A program made the translations under genes and the position numbers. This document shows, piece by piece, positions 36,528-46,543 of a stretch of 64,000 nt of DNA. The number at the start of each line of letters is the position of its first letter. Position 1 is the stretch's first letter. The stretch lies in the IMG/VR virus record IMGVR_UViG_3300024255_000004; one strand, written 5' to 3'. This stretch comes from a virus. The notes beneath the pieces were generated by a model, which saw only the letters and a program-made list of their open reading frames with translations, was not told the origin of the DNA and searched no databases.

Positions 36528-37343
36528 ATGGCAGAACCAAATTCAAAAGCAACCTTTAAAGAGTATATCAAGAGAAAACTTGGAGCTCCAGTTTTAGAAA
36601 TCAATGTGGACGATGACCAATTTGATGACAGAATGGACGAGGCACTTCAATATTTCCGTGAATATCATTACGATGGTTCTATAAAAACATACCTTAAACA
36701 CCAAATTACACAACAAGAGATTGATTCATTTAAAACGAATGAAACTCACAATGCAGCGACAACTGGAACACATGCAATTTCAGGTCAGACGTTTGGTGAA
36801 GGTCAAAACTACATTACACTACCCGAACATGTGTTAAGTGTATTGCAGATATTCCCTTTCAATTCGGGTCAGACTTCAAGTATGTTTGATATTCAATACC
36901 AATTAAGACTCAATGACTTGTATGATTTAACTTCAACCAGTGTTTTATATTATTCACAAGTTCAATCACACTTATCACTCTTAAATGATATCTTAGTGGG
37001 TCAGATACCTATAAGATATAATATGCACTCTAACAGACTCTACATGGACTACAGTGCAAGTAAATTAAGTGCTGGGGAGTATATCATTATTGAATGTTAT
37101 AGAAAATTAGACCCTACAGACATGACTGATATCTATAATGATATGTGGTTGAAAAAATATGCAACTGCATTAGTTAAGTATCAATGGGGTGAAAACCTAT
37201 CCAAGTTCCAAGGTATTGCACTTCCAGGCGGGGTGACACTCGATGGTTCTGCAATGAAACAAGAAGCACAAGAAGAGATTACAAGATTAGAAGAAGAGTC
37301 TAGACTGAACTTTGAAATGCCAGTCATGGACTTAATGGGGTAA
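36528..37343 (+). CDS. gp13: Neck protein gp13
   Basis: LGAPVLEINVDDDQ..DR.DEALQYF..YHYDG; WLKKYATALVK.QWG.NL.KF.G..LPGGV; late promoter at 36499-36506. Confidence 0.92.
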   Translation: MAEPNSKATFKEYIKRKLGAPVLEINVDDDQFDDRMDEALQYFREYHYDGSIKTYLKHQITQQEIDSFKTNETHNAATTGTHAISGQTFGEGQNYITLPEHVLSVLQIFPFNSGQTSSMFDIQYQLRLNDLYDLTSTSVLYYSQVQSHLSLLNDILVGQIPIRYNMHSNRLYMDYSASKLSAGEYIIIECYRKLDPTDMTDIYNDMWLKKYATALVKYQWGENLSKFQGIALPGGVTLDGSAMKQEAQEEITRLEEESRLNFEMPVMDLMG

Positions 37344-37346
37344 TAA

Positions 37347-38189
37347 ATGCCTACAAACGTATTTTTTAACCATGCAGTATCGACTGAACAACACCTCTAT
37401 GAGGATTTAGTTGTTGAGTCATTACGAATATATGGTCACGAAACATATTATCTACCAAGAGAAATTGTAGAGGAAGACACTATACTTGGTGAAGACGTGC
37501 AGTCAACATTCGGTGATGCATATTCTGTAGAAATGTATTTAGAAAATTCAGAAGGTTTTGAAGGAGAAGGAGACCTCATGTCTAAGTTTGGTGTCCAAGT
37601 AAGAGACCAAGCAACATTTATCATATCACTCAGAAGTTGGGAAAGATTTATATCATTAGACTCAAACCTTGCAACTTCAATGAGACCTAACGAAGGAGAT
37701 TTACTTTATTTCCCTCTCAGTGGTTCAATGTTTGAAATCAAATTCGTAGAACATGAGAATCCATTCTATCAAGTCGGAAAACTATTTGTATTTAAATTAC
37801 AATGTGAGTTGTTCGAATACAGTGGAGAAGATTTCGATACTGGTTCATATGCAGACTTAATAGAATTAGACCAAGCATATTCAATAGGATTAACAATGAA
37901 TGGGGAGAATGCCTATTCTATTGGTGAGAACATAACTAAGAACGGAGTTGTTGTTGGTGAGGTTCAGACTTCACTGGGTAATGCAACAACAATTATTCAT
38001 AACACTGCAACACTTACAGTTGGAGATACACTTGTTGGTGTAGATTCGGGTGTATCAGATACAATTGCAGCTATCAATGACGTATTGACTATGAGTAATG
38101 ATGGTTCTGCACAAAATAAAGACTTTGAAGACAAAGCAGATAACTACTTAGACTTCTCAGAAACAAACCCATTTGGTGAGGTCACATAA
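37347..38189 (+). CDS. gp14: Neck protein gp14
   Basis: EQ.L.EDLV.ES..IYG...YYLPR; RPNEGDL.YFP; FEIKFVEHE.PFYQ.GK; DFSE.NPFG. Confidence 0.92.
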   Translation: MPTNVFFNHAVSTEQHLYEDLVVESLRIYGHETYYLPREIVEEDTILGEDVQSTFGDAYSVEMYLENSEGFEGEGDLMSKFGVQVRDQATFIISLRSWERFISLDSNLATSMRPNEGDLLYFPLSGSMFEIKFVEHENPFYQVGKLFVFKLQCELFEYSGEDFDTGSYADLIELDQAYSIGLTMNGENAYSIGENITKNGVVVGEVQTSLGNATTIIHNTATLTVGDTLVGVDSGVSDTIAAINDVLTMSNDGSAQNKDFEDKADNYLDFSETNPFGEVT

Positions 38190-39226
38190 TGTTTGGGACA
38201 CATTTTTATAATGAGACAATTAAAAGAGCAGTATCAATCTTCGGAACACTGTTTAATAATATCACATTAAAGAAAACAAAAGAAGACGGAACTGTGTTAA
38301 GTATAATAAAGGTTCCAATTTCATACGGCCCAAAACAAAAATTCCTTGCAAGACTACAGGAAGAACCAAATCTTTCAGATAATAATAGAAGTGCAATTTC
38401 TTTACCAAGACTTGCATTCGAACTGAATGGTTTTGAGTATGACCCTACAAGACAACAAAATAAATTGATAAGACATTCTAAATCTGATTTAGATACAGAC
38501 GGAGTGAATCGTTCATATCAATACAACCCAGCACCATACAACTTAACTTTTACACTAAGTGTTCTTGCAAAGAACATGAATGATGCATTACAAATCGTAG
38601 AACAAATTTTACCATATTTTCAACCCGAATATACAGTCACAATGAAAATGATTGACTCTATGACAGATACTAGAGATGTTCCAATTACACTTAATAGTGT
38701 TGCAATGGAAGATACTTATGAGGGTTCCTTTGAAGAAAGAAGAGTTATTGAGTATACCTTAGAGTTTACTATGAAACTATACTTCTTCGGCCCAGTCTAC
38801 ACTGGAAGTGTTATTAAAAGTGTTATTGAAAGAGAATATATCAATACTGGAAATGCAAACTTTACAACTTCAGAAATTGCAGAATCAGGTTTAATCAAAG
38901 AGGTTAAACACTATGAACCTGCCTTTGCAGAAATACCGAATGCAGTGTCTAACTCCACAACAATCACCTTTCCGAGTGCAATAAATACAAAGATAAGTGC
39001 AAATGACGAAATATTTGGAACAGGGAATGCAACCAATCCAACAGTTGTTTCAATTGCAGCTGATAAACTATCAATGGTAGTTTCAGGTGCAGTGACTATA
39101 GAAACAAACACTACACTTAAATTTGTAGGTTCTGTTGACCCAACAGATACATTCGTAGTTGCAGAAACAGTGACATTTTATGATGATGGTGCTAAAGAAA
39201 GTTTTAGTGAAACCAATGACAGTTAA
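38189..39226 (+). CDS. gp15: Tail sheath stabiliser/terminator gp15
   Basis: HFYNETIKR....FGTLFNNI; VPISYGPKQKFLARL; LQIVEQILPYFQP. Confidence 0.92.
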   Translation: MFGTHFYNETIKRAVSIFGTLFNNITLKKTKEDGTVLSIIKVPISYGPKQKFLARLQEEPNLSDNNRSAISLPRLAFELNGFEYDPTRQQNKLIRHSKSDLDTDGVNRSYQYNPAPYNLTFTLSVLAKNMNDALQIVEQILPYFQPEYTVTMKMIDSMTDTRDVPITLNSVAMEDTYEGSFEERRVIEYTLEFTMKLYFFGPVYTGSVIKSVIEREYINTGNANFTTSEIAESGLIKEVKHYEPAFAEIPNAVSNSTTITFPSAINTKISANDEIFGTGNATNPTVVSIAADKLSMVVSGAVTIETNTTLKFVGSVDPTDTFVVAETVTFYDDGAKESFSETNDS

Positions 39227-39228
39227 TT

Positions 39229-39636
39229 ATGACAAAAGAACCAATAGACGATAAGTTAAACTCTCTCTTAGATATCAACACCGATATCAAAAAAGAAACA
39301 CAAGTAGTTAAATTACCGACAAGAGCAGAGAACATGGACACGGACTATAAGTATGCTCGTGAGAACCTCTACAACCTCGTAGAACGTGGTCAAGATGCAA
39401 TAGACGGAATACTTGAGTTGTCTAAAGAAACGGAACACCCACGTGCATATGAGGTCGCAGGACAGTTGATAAAGACTGTAGCGGATACTGCAGAGAAACT
39501 ACTAGACGTTCAGAAAAAAATTAAGGATTTAGAAAAAGAGGACGAACAAAGAATAGGTAAAGTTGAAAATCACCTATATGTTGGTTCTACTTCAGAACTG
39601 CAGAAGTTTTTGAAGAAAGAAAAGAAAGATGGTTAA
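39229..39636 (+). CDS. gp16: Terminase small subunit gp16
   Basis: DYKYARENLY.L...G..AI...; HPRAYEVAGQLIK; VGSTSELQK. Confidence 0.9.
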   Translation: MTKEPIDDKLNSLLDINTDIKKETQVVKLPTRAENMDTDYKYARENLYNLVERGQDAIDGILELSKETEHPRAYEVAGQLIKTVADTAEKLLDVQKKIKDLEKEDEQRIGKVENHLYVGSTSELQKFLKKEKKDG

Positions 39637-41230
39637 ACCCACAAACGAAGGTTATCTTGGTAATAATCTAATCAAAAGAGCTGGAATCGAAACCCAGTAT
39701 ACCAAAAAACAAATGGAAGAATACTTGAAGTGTTCTGAAAATCCTGCTCATTTTATAGAAAATTACACACAAATCATATCACTAGACGAAGGTATGGTTC
39801 CCTTTACACTTCGTGGATATCAAGAAAACCTAATCAACCATTATAATGACAATCGTTTCAATGTGGTTCTTGCAAGTAGACAGAGTGGTAAATCAATTAC
39901 TTCTTGTGCATATTTGTTGTGGTTTCTATTATTTAAACCCGAAGTCACTGTAGCAGTTCTTGCTAACAAAGGTGCAATTGCAAGAGAAATGATTGCACGT
40001 ATTGTCACCATGTTAGAGTCTGTTCCATTCTTTTTACAGCCAGGAGTCAAGATTCTAAACAAAGGGTCAATAGAATTTGCAAATGATAGTAAAGTCGTTG
40101 CAGCTGCAACTTCTTCAAGTTCAATTCGTGGACTTTCAATCAACCTACTATACTTAGACGAGTTTGCATTCGTAGACGATGCAGAGACATTCTATACTGC
40201 AACATATCCCGTTGTGACCTCGGGTAAAGACTCTAAGGTTATTATTACTTCCACTGCAAATGGTGTAGGTAATATGTTTCATAAGATATATGAATCTGCA
40301 GTTCATAGTCAATCAGAATATAAATCCTTTCTTATCAACTGGTATGACGTGCCAGGCAGAGACGAAGAGTGGAAGAAAGAAACTATTGCAAACACCTCAG
40401 AAGCACAATTCGAACAAGAGTATGGGAACTCATTCTTAGGAACTGGTAATACACTTATTAACTCTAATACACTATTAGGTATGAGAGCGTTAGAACCCGA
40501 CTGGAATAGAGACAACTTATTCCTTTATGAGAAACCATTAGAGGGTCATAGATACGTTTGCACAGTAGACGTATCCAAAGGTAGGGGGTTAGATTACTCT
40601 TCGTTTACAATTATAGACGTGACTACAAGTCCCTTTAAACAAGTATGCACATATAGAGATAACATGATAAGTCCCCTTCTCTTCCCCGATATTATAAATA
40701 AATATGTTAAACATTATAATGAACCAGTCGTTATTATAGAAAATAATGCAGAGGGTGGAATGGTTGCAACACAACTACATTACGAGATAGAATATCCGAA
40801 TGTATTTGTTCAAGGTCAACTAAAAGCCGAAGACATAGGTGTGACCATGTCTAGAAAGATTAAGAGAATCGGTTGTTCTACACTTAAAGAATTATTAGAA
40901 GAAAATAGACTTATTCTGAATGACAGACATACTATTACAGAACTTATGACTTTTGTTCATAAGGGTAATAGTTGGGAAGCAGATAGAGGATATAATGACG
41001 ATATGGTCATGAATTTGGTATTATTCAGTTGGTTTGTGACCACTGCATACTTTGAACATTTAACCGATACACAAGTTAAAGATTTATTGTATTCAGAACA
41101 ACAGAGGTTAATCGAAGACGATTTATTACCAGCTGGTATATTTGACGGGGAGTCTCAGTCAGATACCTTCGTAGATAGTGAAGGAGACCGATGGTTTCAC
41201 AAAAGTATGGATATACCAATTAAATTATAG
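39629..41230 (+). CDS. gp17: Terminase large subunit gp17
   Basis: Walker A SRQSGKS; Walker B LLYLDEFAFV; TSTANG; nuclease VDVSKG.G.DYS; DDMVM. Confidence 0.95.
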   Translation: MVKPTNEGYLGNNLIKRAGIETQYTKKQMEEYLKCSENPAHFIENYTQIISLDEGMVPFTLRGYQENLINHYNDNRFNVVLASRQSGKSITSCAYLLWFLLFKPEVTVAVLANKGAIAREMIARIVTMLESVPFFLQPGVKILNKGSIEFANDSKVVAAATSSSSIRGLSINLLYLDEFAFVDDAETFYTATYPVVTSGKDSKVIITSTANGVGNMFHKIYESAVHSQSEYKSFLINWYDVPGRDEEWKKETIANTSEAQFEQEYGNSFLGTGNTLINSNTLLGMRALEPDWNRDNLFLYEKPLEGHRYVCTVDVSKGRGLDYSSFTIIDVTTSPFKQVCTYRDNMISPLLFPDIINKYVKHYNEPVVIIENNAEGGMVATQLHYEIEYPNVFVQGQLKAEDIGVTMSRKIKRIGCSTLKELLEENRLILNDRHTITELMTFVHKGNSWEADRGYNDDMVMNLVLFSWFVTTAYFEHLTDTQVKDLLYSEQQRLIEDDLLPAGIFDGESQSDTFVDSEGDRWFHKSMDIPIKL

Positions 41231-41296
41231 TTGTTGGGTTTTTAAAAGTTATAAATAAAACAGTAAACAACTTTTTACATTAACAGGAGTAAAAGT

Positions 41297-43285
41297 ATGG
41301 CATTTCAAGTATCACCAGGCGTTCAGGTCTCCGAGATAGACCTGACTAATGTTGTCCCAGCCGTTTCATCGACTACAGGTGCATTTGCTGGACATTTCCA
41401 ATGGGGCCCTGTTGGTGAAGTAATAACAGTTTCAGATTCTAAGGGTTTAGTTGATAATTTTTATCAACCAGCTAATTCCGACGCTGGAGCAGAGGACTTC
41501 TATTCAGCGGAATCATTTCTAAAATATGGTTCATCACTTAGAGTGGTTAGAATCAACACATCTCAATTAAACAATGCAAACTCATCAAGTGGAACTGCAT
41601 TACTTAAAAACAATGACGAATATGTCAATACTTATCAAGATGGTTCTCAAAACGGAACTGTAGGTAATTATGTTGCAAAATACGCAGGTTCTTTAGGTAA
41701 TTCATTAAAGGTTTCAGTATGTGGGTCTGCAAATGCATATTTCAACGATGCAGTGACAACAGTCACAGGAACAGAGTCAGTGGGTCAAACAACTATAACA
41801 GTTGGTGATTCATCAGGTATGTTCGTAAGAGACATCGTGAGATTTGCTGGACATAACAACGAATACAGAGTATTGACGATTCCTGATGGAACTTCAATTA
41901 CTATCGAAGCACTTGGTCAACCAAGTGGAACAGGTCTATTAACTGCCGTCACAGGTGGTGCTAACGTAGATAGATACTGGGAATTTTATAATTCATTTGA
42001 TAAAGCACCTGCTAAGTCAGGAACAGCAACAGCTGCTGGTGGTTCAGATGATGAAATTCATGTTGTTGTATCAGACCAAGACGGATTATTCAGTGGAGTT
42101 AAAGACACAATTTTAGAATCATATGGATTCGTATCACTTGCGTCAGACTCTAAAGATGGTCAAGGTCAATCAAATTACTACAAAAACGTTATTGCAAGAG
42201 AATCAGACTACATTTACTGGTCAGGTCATTCAACAGACCTACTTACAACTGCAAACGAAACAAGAACTCATTTACAATCTGCAACGACTCCATTCGGTAG
42301 ACCTTCTGCAGTTATCACTTCATCACTTGCTGGTGGAGTTGACGGAAGAGTTCCTACTGCTGGTGAGAAATATGGTGCATACCAAACTCACTTCGGTGAT
42401 GCAGAAACAATAGACGTATCATTCTTAATTGCTGGTTCAACAAGAACTGATAACGGAAGTGGTGTCGAACAAGATATTCTTGCAGACCATAACACAATCG
42501 TTAATCAACTTATTGCAACTGCAGAAGGAAGAAAAGATTGTATGGTTATAGTTTCACCTAGACGTGCAAGTGTCGTAGGTGTATCAAGTGAATCTACACA
42601 ATCAACTAACGTGATTGCAGACTACGCATTAGTCACATCAAGTTCATATGTTGTATTAGACAGTGGTTGGGTATACCAATACGATAGATACAACGACAAA
42701 TACTGCTACGTGCCCTCTAATGGACACACAGCAGGTATAATGGCAAGGTCAGACTTATTAAGAGACCCATGGTTCTCACCTGCTGGTTTCTCAAGAGGTC
42801 AATACTTAGGTATAACTAAACTTGCGTTTAACCCTTCACAATCATCAAGAGATGACTTATATCGTGCAAGGATTAATCCAGTTGTGACATTTGCTGGACA
42901 AGGAACAGTATTATTTGGAGACAAAACAGGTCTTACAAGTCCTTCAGCATTCGATAGAATCAATGTCAGAAGGTTATTCATAGTCTTAGAAAAAGCAATC
43001 GCAGTTGCAGCGAAATCACAACTCTTTGAATTCAACGATGCATTCACAAGAGCTCAATTCCGTGCTGCTGTAGAACCTTTCCTAAGAGATGTTAAAAATA
43101 GAAGAGGTCTAGTAGATTTCTCAGTATTATGTGATGAAACTAACAACACTGATACAGTTATAGATAGAAATGAATTTGTTTGTTCTATCTTCGTGAAACC
43201 TGCTAGAAGTATTAATTTTATTACTTTAAACTTTGTTGCTGCTAGAAGTGGTGTTCAGTTTGAAGAAATATACAGTGCAGTTTAA
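41297..43285 (+). CDS. gp18: Tail sheath gp18
   Basis: SPGV.V.EIDLT; WFSPAG..RG; FDRINVRRLFI; KPARSINFITLNFVA; late promoter at 41250-41257. Confidence 0.95.
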   Translation: MAFQVSPGVQVSEIDLTNVVPAVSSTTGAFAGHFQWGPVGEVITVSDSKGLVDNFYQPANSDAGAEDFYSAESFLKYGSSLRVVRINTSQLNNANSSSGTALLKNNDEYVNTYQDGSQNGTVGNYVAKYAGSLGNSLKVSVCGSANAYFNDAVTTVTGTESVGQTTITVGDSSGMFVRDIVRFAGHNNEYRVLTIPDGTSITIEALGQPSGTGLLTAVTGGANVDRYWEFYNSFDKAPAKSGTATAAGGSDDEIHVVVSDQDGLFSGVKDTILESYGFVSLASDSKDGQGQSNYYKNVIARESDYIYWSGHSTDLLTTANETRTHLQSATTPFGRPSAVITSSLAGGVDGRVPTAGEKYGAYQTHFGDAETIDVSFLIAGSTRTDNGSGVEQDILADHNTIVNQLIATAEGRKDCMVIVSPRRASVVGVSSESTQSTNVIADYALVTSSSYVVLDSGWVYQYDRYNDKYCYVPSNGHTAGIMARSDLLRDPWFSPAGFSRGQYLGITKLAFNPSQSSRDDLYRARINPVVTFAGQGTVLFGDKTGLTSPSAFDRINVRRLFIVLEKAIAVAAKSQLFEFNDAFTRAQFRAAVEPFLRDVKNRRGLVDFSVLCDETNNTDTVIDRNEFVCSIFVKPARSINFITLNFVAARSGVQFEEIYSAV

Positions 43286-43295
43286 GGAGAAATAA

Positions 43296-43793
43296 ATGGC
43301 AACTATAGACCAATTTAAAGCACAACTTATCGGTGGAGGCCCACGTGCTAACCGATTTAAAGTTTTTATACCAAGAGCTGGTAATAAGATTGAGTTCTTA
43401 TGTAAAGCTGCTAATATCCCTGCGGGAACGTTGGGAGAAGTGGTAGTTCCTTTCAGAGGACACAACCTTAAACTTGCTGGAGAAAGAACTTTCGAAGATT
43501 GGCAGATTACAGTTATCAACGATGTTGAGTTCTCAGTAAGAAGTGGTCTAGAAGCATGGCAGGAAGAAATTCAAGCTATGGATAGTGGAGTAGGTTCAAC
43601 ATCTACAGATTATCTTATATCTAGAGCATTCGTAGAACAATTAAACAAAGATGACTCAGTCCTTGCGAGATACGAGTTTTTCAACATGTTCCCAAAAAAT
43701 ATTGGTGCAATCGAACTATCTTACGATACTGTTGATGCATTAGAGGAATTTACTGTTGACTTTACTTTCTCTCACTGGGAAAGAGTTCAGTAG
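43296..43793 (+). CDS. gp19: Tail tube gp19
   Basis: GGG.RANRF.V; LCKAA.IP; V.FRG..LKLAGERTFEDW.ITV.ND; EEF.V.F. Confidence 0.93.
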   Translation: MATIDQFKAQLIGGGPRANRFKVFIPRAGNKIEFLCKAANIPAGTLGEVVVPFRGHNLKLAGERTFEDWQITVINDVEFSVRSGLEAWQEEIQAMDSGVGSTSTDYLISRAFVEQLNKDDSVLARYEFFNMFPKNIGAIELSYDTVDALEEFTVDFTFSHWERVQ

Positions 43794-43841
43794 TCTTTAA
43801 AGTGAAGAATTACCACACATTTTGGTGGTATAAATATTAGT

Positions 43842-45380
43842 ATGGAAATTTTAGGGTTTGAAATAAATCGTAAGAAAAACGATTTAAGAACGATAGAAGA
43901 CAAGAATCAAACGTCTTTTGTCCCACCAGTTGACGATGACGGGACTCCCGTCATTGAACAACAGAGTGGTTTTGTATCGGGAGCAGCCTATGGGTCGTTT
44001 GTCGATATGGAAGGCGGTGTCAAGAATGAGGCAGAACTTATTCGAAGATACCGAGAAACGTCTTTGGTGCCAGAGTGTGACTCTGCAATCGAAGACATAG
44101 TTAATGAGTGTATCACATCTGACACATCAGATAAGATAGTATCACTCGACCTCAGAGACGTTAAACTCTCTGATAGTATCAAGAAAAAGATACAAGAAGA
44201 GTTTAATCACATCTTATCTCTAATGAAGTTCAATCAGAACTCTCATGAATTGTTCAGAAAATGGTATGTCGATGGAAGAATTTACTTCCATAAAGTCGTT
44301 GACTCAAAAAGACCTAAATTAGGTCTAGTTGACTTAAGAAATGTTGACCCGATTAAAATTAAGAAGGTTAGAAACATTGAGAAGAAAAAGGGTGCCGACA
44401 AAATTGATAGAATTTCTAAAATAGAAGAGTTCTATCTCTTTAACGACAAAGGATTTGATAAATCCACTGCAACAGAAGGACATGTTGTAAGAATTGCACC
44501 TGAAGCTGTATGTTATACAACTTCGGGATTACTTGACTACACTAAAAACGTAGTCATTGGGTATCTGCATAAAGCATTGAAGACTGCAAATCAGTTATCA
44601 ATGTTGGAAGATGCACTTGTTATTTACAGAATATCACGTGCTCCCGAAAGAAGAATTTTCTACATTGACGTAGGAAACCTTCCAAAAGCAAAAGCAGAAC
44701 AGTATCTTGCAGACGTTATGAACCGATATAAGAACAAATTGGTTTACAATGCAGATACAGGGGAAATCAAAGACGATAGAAAACATATGAGTATGTTGGA
44801 AGATTTTTGGTTGCCTCGTAGAGAAGGTGGTAGAGGAACAGAAATTACTACACTGCCTGGTGGACAGAATTTAGATGATATTGCAGATATAGAATACTTT
44901 AAGAAGAAACTATATCAATCACTAAACGTCCCTGCCTCTAGAATGGAATCAGACAACGGATTCAATATGGGTCGTGCGTCTGAAATTTCTAGAGACGAAC
45001 TTAAATTTAATAAGTTCACAAACAGACTTCAGAAGAAGTTTGCAAGAGTTTTTACAGATATTCTTAAGACACAATTAGTTCTTAAGGAAATCACAACTGG
45101 AGATGAATTTGATAATATCAAAGACTTTCTTCAGTATGACTTTGCAACCGACAACCATTTTACAGAGTTGAAGGATGCAGAGATAATAAGAGAGAGATTA
45201 GATACTCTCTCAAATATTTCCGACTATGTTGGAGAGTATTTTTCTAAGGAATATGTTAGAAAATACATTCTAAGACAGACGGAAGAAGACATTAAATTAA
45301 TAGACTCACAAATCTCAAAAGAAGGAGATAGTGGTGAGGACAATGAAGGAAGTGATAGTAATGACTTCGGAGGATTTTAA
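43842..45380 (+). CDS. gp20: Portal protein gp20
   Basis: EDALVIYRISRAPERRIFYIDVGNLPK.KAEQYL; MLEDFWLPRREGGRGTEITTLPGGQNL; late promoter at 43829-43836. Confidence 0.96.
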   Translation: MEILGFEINRKKNDLRTIEDKNQTSFVPPVDDDGTPVIEQQSGFVSGAAYGSFVDMEGGVKNEAELIRRYRETSLVPECDSAIEDIVNECITSDTSDKIVSLDLRDVKLSDSIKKKIQEEFNHILSLMKFNQNSHELFRKWYVDGRIYFHKVVDSKRPKLGLVDLRNVDPIKIKKVRNIEKKKGADKIDRISKIEEFYLFNDKGFDKSTATEGHVVRIAPEAVCYTTSGLLDYTKNVVIGYLHKALKTANQLSMLEDALVIYRISRAPERRIFYIDVGNLPKAKAEQYLADVMNRYKNKLVYNADTGEIKDDRKHMSMLEDFWLPRREGGRGTEITTLPGGQNLDDIADIEYFKKKLYQSLNVPASRMESDNGFNMGRASEISRDELKFNKFTNRLQKKFARVFTDILKTQLVLKEITTGDEFDNIKDFLQYDFATDNHFTELKDAEIIRERLDTLSNISDYVGEYFSKEYVRKYILRQTEEDIKLIDSQISKEGDSGEDNEGSDSNDFGGF

Positions 45381-45382
45381 AA

Positions 45383-45565
45383 ATGAGTAGTGAAATTGCA
45401 AAAGAAATAGTAGACTCAATTGAGAGTGGTAAGTTAGATACTGCGAAAGACCAAATATTTACTGGTATTAAACAGAAATCTGCAGAATCTATCGATATGA
45501 AAAGAGTTGAAATGCAAGTAGATTGGATGGATAAAGTTAACGAACCAGCTGGTGAAGTAGAATAA
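45383..45565 (+). CDS. Small prohead core protein (gp67-like position)
   Basis: Synteny between gp20 and gp21; charged and helical. Confidence 0.5.
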   Translation: MSSEIAKEIVDSIESGKLDTAKDQIFTGIKQKSAESIDMKRVEMQVDWMDKVNEPAGEVE

Positions 45566-45568
45566 CTG

Positions 45569-45874
45569 ATGAAATCCTTTGCAGAAATCACTGTTGAGTT
45601 AAACGAAGCAAAGTTTAAATTGCCTCGTGGACATAAAGAACTCAAGAGAGATGTTGTAAAAATAGGTGGTAAGGATATAGTAATCACTTACACTGAATAT
45701 CGAGGTAAAGTTCATGTCTACATAGACGGACAAAGTTTCGGTGGTGCAACATACAAAGATTTAAAATCTGCTGAGAAAGAAATGAAATCCATGAAGGAAG
45801 TTATTAAAACAATGTCGGAAGAAGAAAATATAGACATAGAGGAAATTTTCAATGAAATTAATATCAGAGTTTAA
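45569..45874 (+). CDS. Probable prohead core/internal protein
   Basis: Synteny; MKSFAEI...LNE N-terminus resembles the T4 capsid-targeting sequence. Confidence 0.45.
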   Translation: MKSFAEITVELNEAKFKLPRGHKELKRDVVKIGGKDIVITYTEYRGKVHVYIDGQSFGGATYKDLKSAEKEMKSMKEVIKTMSEEENIDIEEIFNEINIRV

Positions 45875-46505
45875 TAATTACAGTGTTTCTCCAATCATAA
45901 TTGAGGAGAACGACAAAGGACAAAAAGAATACTTCATTGAAGGTGTCTTTATGCAAGCCGAAATCAAAAACAGAAACGGCCGTGTATACCCTAAAGAGGT
46001 TATGCAGAAAGAAGTAAAAAGATACGTCAAAGAATTCGTAGAACAAGATAGAGCATTCGGTGAGTTAGGACACCCTGAAGGCCCTACAATTAATTTAGAC
46101 AAAGTTTCACATATGATTACCAAACTAGAAGAAGATGGTAATAACTATGTGGGACGTGCAAAGATTTTAAGCACCCCCAATGGTCAAATCGTAAGAAATT
46201 TGATTGATGATGGTGCTAAATTGGGAGTATCATCTCGTGGACTTGGTTCACTAGAACAAAAAGGTGGTGCTCAATATGTAAAAGATGACTTTCAACTTGC
46301 TACAGCAGGTGACATTGTTGCAGACCCGTCTGCACCTGAAGCTTTCGTTAACGGAATCATGGAAGGTGTGGAGTGGATTTATCAACATGGTAGACTTACT
46401 GCTCAAGAAATTGATGAGATGCATACCGAAATTAAGACGGGAAAATCACATAAATTGGAAGAAATCACTATAAAATCATGGAAAAGGTTCGTTGAGAGTC
46501 TTTAA
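45852..46505 (+). CDS. gp21: Prohead protease gp21
   Basis: IEGVFMQAE.KNRNGRVYP; GELGHP; LGVSSRG.GS; DIVADPSAP.AFV.GIME. Confidence 0.95.
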   Translation: MKLISEFNNYSVSPIIIEENDKGQKEYFIEGVFMQAEIKNRNGRVYPKEVMQKEVKRYVKEFVEQDRAFGELGHPEGPTINLDKVSHMITKLEEDGNNYVGRAKILSTPNGQIVRNLIDDGAKLGVSSRGLGSLEQKGGAQYVKDDFQLATAGDIVADPSAPEAFVNGIMEGVEWIYQHGRLTAQEIDEMHTEIKTGKSHKLEEITIKSWKRFVESL

Positions 46506-46543
46506 CATATAAATAAAAAAGTAAACTCAAACAGGAGAAAAAC